A DNA stretch of 64,000 nt from the NCBI GenBank assembly GCA_002104945.1, contig MCFH01000017.1, positions 248,001 through 312,000 of the forward strand, given 5' to 3'. The notes beneath the pieces are model-generated. The model searched no databases. It was not told the DNA's origin and saw only the letters and a program-made list of their open reading frames with translations. This document shows, piece after piece, positions 57,244-64,000 of the stretch. The position numbers were made by a program, and so were the translations under genes. This DNA comes from Piromyces finnis finn (lineage: Eukaryota; Fungi; Neocallimastigomycota). Numbering within the stretch: position 1 is the stretch's first letter; every line of letters starts with the position of its first letter.

Positions 57244-60200
57244 ATGCATAGGGATGTCAAATTTATAAGGAAACCCAACAATGGAAGACCTGGCAATATC
57301 TATAGAAAAATATGTCAAATTGGGGAAGGATCATACGGGTAGGTTATCTTTTTGTAAAATAACAATATTAATAATTATATATATATATGTAAATATTTAA
57401 AAATTATATGAATAATTGGATTAGTCATCAATTTAATTATTTTTATTTTTTTTTTATTCCTAACAAAATATTTTATTATAAAATATAAATCTTGACATTT
57501 TATATATATTTTTTATTTTCAAATATTTAAAATGGGGGGGTTTCTAATTTTACAATTAATATATTTAAACATGAAATTCAAAAATAAAAACAATTTATAG
57601 TAAAGTATTCAAGGCAGAAAATACCATAAATGGGAAATATGTTGCATTAAAGAAAATGAAATTAGAATCTGAAAAGGAAGGCGTAAGCTTTTTTTTTTAA
57701 ATAATAATTAATGATTTATTAATCATTTTAATAGTTACCTAATGTGTATTTATGTATTATAACTCTATCTATTTAATTTATACCAAAAACTTCTTCAATA
57801 ATCACTACAATATACAATATACAATATATAAATATAAAATTAAAAATTTCATCTTACAAGTTTCCTTTAACAGCTATGAGAGAAATCAAACTTTTACAAA
57901 CACTTCATCATCCAAATATTGTTCAATTACTAGAAATTATGATTGAAAAAGGTATTAATAATAATATTACTATTATTATGATTTATGATTATCATCATAT
58001 TATTATTATTATTATGATTTATGATTATTATCTTATTACTATTATTATTATGATTTATGATTATCATTTTATTATTTTTTCTTTTATATTAGTAATATAA
58101 AAATTTGAATTTTTATTAAGTTTTATTTTGAAATTTCAAAATAAAAGCAAAACCATTAATGCATATAATGTCATATTACATTTTTTTTTAAATAGTATAA
58201 ATATTAATGTTTATTATGTATGGGTTATTGACATGAACTTTTTTTTTTATATTATTAATAATAACAATGAAAAAACAGAATCTTATTATATAATTTCAGA
58301 GTATATGGAACATGATTTAACTGGTGTATTGAATAATAAACTTGTCAATTATAATATATCCCAAATTAAATGTTTATCCCTACAACTTTTGGATGGTTTA
58401 AAATATCTTCATTCAAAAGGAATTTTTCATAGAGATTTAAAAGGTATTTATTTAGCTATCTATTTTATATCTATATAGTATTGTTTTTTTTTTATTTATT
58501 TATACATGAATAGAATAAGAATTAAAAAAAAATATTATATTTTTTTAATAAAAACTAATCTTTAATCAATACATCATAATAAATTGTTATCATTATTATT
58601 ATTATAAAATGTAAAGGTTCCAATTTATTATTAAATAATAGAGGTCAATTAAAATTGGCTGATTTTGGTTTAGCAAGAGATACACATGCTAGGGTACGTT
58701 CATTAGATTATACCAATCGTGTCATTACCCTTTGGTATCGACCTCCAGAACTCCTTTTAGGATCTACAAAATACGGTGCTGAAGTGGATATGTGGAGTGC
58801 AGGGTAATTATAGAGAAAAAAAAATTTTTTTATTCTAACATTATAAATGTAATGAAAGTTTATAATCTTAATGATACTAGCATCATTTATAAAAACTCCT
58901 TTTTTTTTTTTTTTTTAATTAAATGTATAAATTTTTAATATTTATTATTAATAATATTTATAATTAATTATTTTTATTATTATAATTCACATTTAATATC
59001 CTTTTTTATTATATTTATTTTAACTCATATATTTATAATCCCCGATTATAATTGTAAAAAAAAAAAAAAAAAAAAAGATGCATAATACTAGAATTTTTCT
59101 TACGAAAAGCCGCATTTCGAGGAGAAAACGAAATTGCTCAATTAGACATGATATGGAATACATGTGGTACCCCTACTCCAGAAAATTGGCCAAATGTAAC
59201 TGATAATCCATGGTATTCTTTTTTAAAACCAAAAGAATATATTCCAAGAAAATTAAGATCAAAATATGAAAAGTAATTCCCATATAATTATTATTATATA
59301 TATGAAATTATGAATTTTAAAAATTAAATAAGAAATATAAACAAACCAGCATTATGATTAACAACAACAACAACAACAACAACAAAAAATTATTATTATT
59401 ATATACTAATAATTTACACTATATTTAATTCTTATATTTATATATTTTCCATCTCTTCCTTTTTTTTTTTTTTTTATACCAAAGTATTTTAACTGTGGAA
59501 GCTCTTAATTTAATTGATAATTTCTTAAAATTAAATCCAACATCAAGGCCAACGGCAGTAGAAGCTATAGATTCACCCTTTTTTACGATTGAAGAACCTT
59601 TACCCTGTAGACCAGAGGATTTACCATCAATAGATGGAGATTGGCATGAATATGAAACTAAAATGAAAAGGAAAAATAATTATTATCATTTTGATAAAGA
59701 AAAATCGCATTATAATACTCATCAGTCACTTTCCCTTCATAATACGCAACAAGAATCACCAAATACCAATAGTGCCTATCGAAAATCAAATTTTTCAAAT
59801 GATAATTCCTTAAATTTTCATAAACCTGTCAATAGTCCAATTGATGAACTTTCCATTTCAAATCCATACAATTCTACCAATAACAACAACACTACAAGCA
59901 TTAATACTAATAATAATATAAATGATAATAGGTCAAACCTCCCACAATCCAATTCATACATGAACTCCACTAGAGATATGACACGAAATTCAAATGGCTA
60001 TGTAAAAAGAAATACCAATTATTATAATGATGGACCAAAAAGAATATCCTCATCGCCAACATCAGATTCCTATCATAACGCATCAAATTATATACCAGAT
60101 ACCAGCAACAACAACAGCAACAACAACAACAACAGCAATTATTCCAATTCACGTACAAAGGATCTGAATCGTGATTATATGGATTATGAATATCAACATT

Positions 60201-61723
60201 CTGACAAACAAATGAAATATACAGATGAACGAGAGTCTAATGCATTTAATAATAATGATCGTCATTATTACAATTATGATCAAGATAGGAATAGGGATAG
60301 AGATCAATTTAATGATAAAGATAAAAGTAGAGATAGAAGTAGAGATCGTTATATGGATAGAGATAGAAATAACAGAGATCGATATGATAGTCGAGACCGA
60401 GGTAGTCGCGATAGATATAATGAAAAAAGTAGAAGAAGAGATCGTGATCGTAGTAGAGATCATAGTCGGGGAGGAGGAAGAGACCGGGATAGAGGAAGGG
60501 AAAGAGATCGATCCAATGATAGAAATAGAGATCATGATAGGTATAATCAAAGTCAAGAAAGAAGCAAAGACGGTCATCCCTACAATTCTTTTAGTCAAGG
60601 AATGAAAAGCCAAAATGGTATTGATGATCAAAATCCAGATCGATTTCCTGGTAATAACAATGATCGTGGTAGAGAAGAGGGTCAAAATAGAACGCATCAA
60701 GGACATTCGAATTTCCATCCATCCAACTATTCCTACAACACCCATGCTCAATCTAATACCTATTCTCCTACACGTCATTCTGACACTATTCAAGAGGACC
60801 CCACCACTTCCAAATTTTTAAATGTTCCAAAATATGCTTCAATGAATTCTTCCACCTCCCCCGTTAGAAATTCCAATTCCAATACCAATACTACCTATTA
60901 TGGTCAGAATAATAGGGATGGACCAATGTCTTCACGTTTTCAATATTATTCTAAATCCAGATCACGGACAAGATCCAGGTCCTTTTCATCCTCAAGAAGA
61001 AGGTCCAGAACCCGATCCAGAACAAGAGCTGGAACCCGATCCAGGTCTAGGTCCTTTTCAAGATCAAGGACTAGACGATCTAGATCCAGATCCAGATCCA
61101 GATCCAAGTATAGATCCATGACTTCAGATCCAAGAATGAAACCGTATGAAAGGACTGCATCACCGCCTGAACCATCAAAAAATTCCAATGATAAAAATGC
61201 TCTTCCCGACACCACCACTTTTACCAATAATGGTAATATATATAGTAATAGTAGAGTCCCCATGATTAATTATAATTCACCTTCACCACCACCTAAAATC
61301 ACTATGCCTTCTTCTACATCATCACCACCTCCATCCTCTTTCTCTTCTGCCATCAACACCATAAAAAATCAGGGAGAAGGCAATTCTGGAGAACAAAATA
61401 AAAGATTCTTTTCATCCCCGTCCAATACCGCAATGTCGACAACGACAGCATTAAAACCAAATAATAGTACGATGAATTCTTCACAAGACAAAATTAATAG
61501 CAATGATAATAATAATCACTACTATTACGCGGAGGATAAATCTAGAAGTCGTAGTCGCAGTCGTAGTCGTAGCCGTAGTCGTTATTCGTATAGTCGTAGT
61601 CGTAGTCGTAGCTATAGTCGAGGACGAAGTAAAACAAGATATCATTATCGTGGTCGTCGTCGAAGTTATAGTCGTAGTCATTCTTCTTCTTCTCGTTATA
61701 GATATAAACGCCGTAAAAATTAA
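57244..61723 (+). CDS. CTK1: Cyclin-dependent RNA Pol II CTD kinase, Ctk1/Lsk1/CDK12-like, with long C-terminal RD/RS-rich tail, 7 exons
   Basis: Exons 57244-57338, 57601-57682, 57861-57951, 58279-58443, 58617-58803, 59078-59272 and 59485-61723. Motifs [85 protein letters not shown]. Ctk1 versus Bur1/CDK9 orthology needs a phylogeny. Confidence 0.85.
57966..58067. repeat. Degenerate ~36-bp tandem repeat (core ATTATTATGATTTATGATTAT, 3 copies) in a CDK intron
   Basis: Read directly. Confidence 0.75.
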
Positions 61724-63030
61724 TATATTTTCATCTTTACAACAAATCCAAAAAAAAAAAATACTATTATATATAAATCTATTATTATTATTATCATTAT
61801 TATAATATTTATTTTTTTTTTTACTTTTCATTTATACTTTAACTATAGTCATCTCTTTTTTTTTTTTTTTATTTTGAATAAAAAAAAATGATAGATTTAA
61901 TAGTAGTTTATTTCATTAAACCAATAGCGCCAACTATAAAAAACCAAATGAATAATAGTAATAATAAATAAAATCAATTTTTAAGAAATTTTATAAAAGA
62001 AAGGAAACTCTTTTTTTTTTTTTATATATATTTTTGTATCTATATAAATATTTTAAATACTATAATAAACAAATAAAATGATAAAATATGTAAAACAAAA
62101 ATATTAAGAAATAGTGTAGAATTAAAAATGGTTTTTTTTTTACTATAATACTTTACAAAATTTATATAATTATGTTTCATAGTATTAGATAAAATAAAAA
62201 GTTTATTCCTTCATCAACAAAAGTACCATTTTCTTTTTTTTTTTTCTTCTCTCTAAACCCTTTAAAGTTTTAACAATTTAACTAAATAACTTTCTTCTTT
62301 CCCTAAACAATCCTTTTACTTTTTAATTACTTTAAAATTTTAATTCTTTCATTCCATCTGAAAATTAAACTATTTGAAAACTTTTATTTATTATTTTTTT
62401 TACATTTCTTTTTTCTGTATTTTTTTACTTTTTCCAACCTCCGTTTTCCTTTTTTTTTTTTTTAATGTAATACAATTTTCCAAATATAGAAATAAAACGT
62501 ATTACAAAGATCTCTTATCATGGTAAATTCTATTTTTTCAAAATTTTAAAAACAAACCATTCTTTAAATTTATTATTTTTTAAAGTTTAATCATTTTTGA
62601 TTCATTACATAGAAAATAAATTAAAATTCTTATTTATTTTAATTAAAAAAAAAAACAATATAATAGCCATATAATTTATTATATGAATTATATATTAATT
62701 AGTATTATCCTTTAAAAAATTTTTTTATTAAAGTTGCACAAATTATTGGAATGATAATAAAAATAGAAAAATGGAAAATGTAGCTGAATAGAGATGAATG
62801 TAGCTGAATAGTGTTGTTAAAAGATGAAATATAGTAGTAAATAAGGTAATAAAAAAGGTGTTATAATTTAAATAGTTATCAAAGATTGAATATCTAGCAT
62901 CATTACATTTTAATTATTTTCTTTTTGTATTCAATAATTAACAAAATATAAAAGAAAATGTATAAAAATAAAAAATAAAAAATATTATAGAAGACATTTA
63001 GGTTACACAAGATTATTTTTAGTATTATAG

Positions 63031-63135
63031 AATAATTTTAATACAAACATGTAAGAATTTTTTAGATTAAAAAATTCTCACATGTAATACTGTTATGAAA
63101 TAATTTTAATACAAACATGTAAGAATTTTTTAGAT
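63031..63135. repeat. 37-bp direct repeat pair with an internal inverted copy
   Basis: AATAATTTTAATACAAACATGTAAGAATTTTTTAGAT at 63031-63067 and 63099-63135. Confidence 0.85.
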
Positions 63136-64000
63136 ATTTTATTATAATATGATTAGTTGTAAAGAATTTTATAATTTTAAAAGAAAATGATTTTTAAAAG
63201 TTAATTTCTTTTTTAATATAATTTATTTAAGAATATAAAATATTTATTATATAATAAATAGAATATTCTATAAATTGAAATCTAAATAATTCATTAATTA
63301 TTTTAATTATTTTAAAATTAATAATATTATTCTCCAATATAATAATATAACATATACTTTTCTTTATAACTTATAATAAATAACTAAAATAAAATATTTA
63401 AAATGATATTTTAATATTTTTATATTTTTATAAATAATTATTATATAATATCTAAATAATAATTATTCTATTTTTATTAATGCATTAGTCATTTATATAT
63501 TTATATATTAAAATATTAATATCATATTTATTTTAATATTATATTTTTTATAGAATTAAATATTATTATAACAAATATTTCATTAGAAATAATACATACA
63601 TCATACAAAATAAAATAAAATATTAAATATAAACTACAATATATTTAATTAATTAAGCTAAACTTTTTTATTATTTTAATAATTTTAATTAAAATAATAA
63701 TAAAGTTTAAAAATATTTGATGCCGTTAAAAAAAAACTAGAATTTATACTGTATCTTACATTTTTTGCCAGAAATTTCTGCTTGCTTTAATTTTTGTCTG
63801 GCTGAAATTTTACCAGAGGTCAAATTTCCTCTGGCTAGAAATTCTGGCTAAATCCTTCCAAAATCTAAGATAAAGTAGTATACAAAATTTAAATATAATT
63901 TGAAAATTATACATTACATTTTCTAATAAAGAAGATAATTACATGTAAGGAGGGAGAAATAAAAAAAGAGAGATATTCTTTTGCTCCGTTTTGCTTTGCA

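Overview
Extremely AT-rich eukaryotic DNA with long poly-A/T tracts, (TAT)n microsatellites and many short introns. It looks like an early-diverging fungus, probably an anaerobic gut fungus (Neocallimastigomycota); that assignment is inference from composition and protein similarity. Manual splicing supports 13 protein-coding genes: the 3' end of ALG1, an intronless MAPK-type dual-specificity phosphatase, an intronless Cys-rich type I membrane protein, a UPF0132/DUF4870 membrane protein, a DEK-C + double-SWIB protein, an RNF121-like RING ligase, a two-spectrin-repeat alpha-actinin, a Cys-rich/TM/SH3 protein, AP-1 sigma, a PH-REM-CDC25 RasGEF, a promethin/LDAF1-like protein, a short-tailed class I myosin and a Ctk1/CDK12-like kinase. 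The main find is a 100-nt AT-AC minor-spliceosome (U12-type) intron in the RasGEF REM domain (37040-37139), with 5' ATATCCTTT, branch site CCTTAAC and 3' TAC. It is the only splice I found that restores the frame, and it implies a working minor spliceosome. Other points of interest: a 4-nt micro-exon in RNF121, a 1-nt frameshift in the RasGEF catalytic exon, Lys at the myosin TEDS site, a Ser gatekeeper and a C-terminal RS domain in the CDK, a His-to-Ser change in the phosphatase signature, an unexplained island with splice signals at about 19.7-19.9 kb, and several hairpin and tandem-repeat structures. I found no rRNA, tRNA, CRISPR array or intact mobile element.
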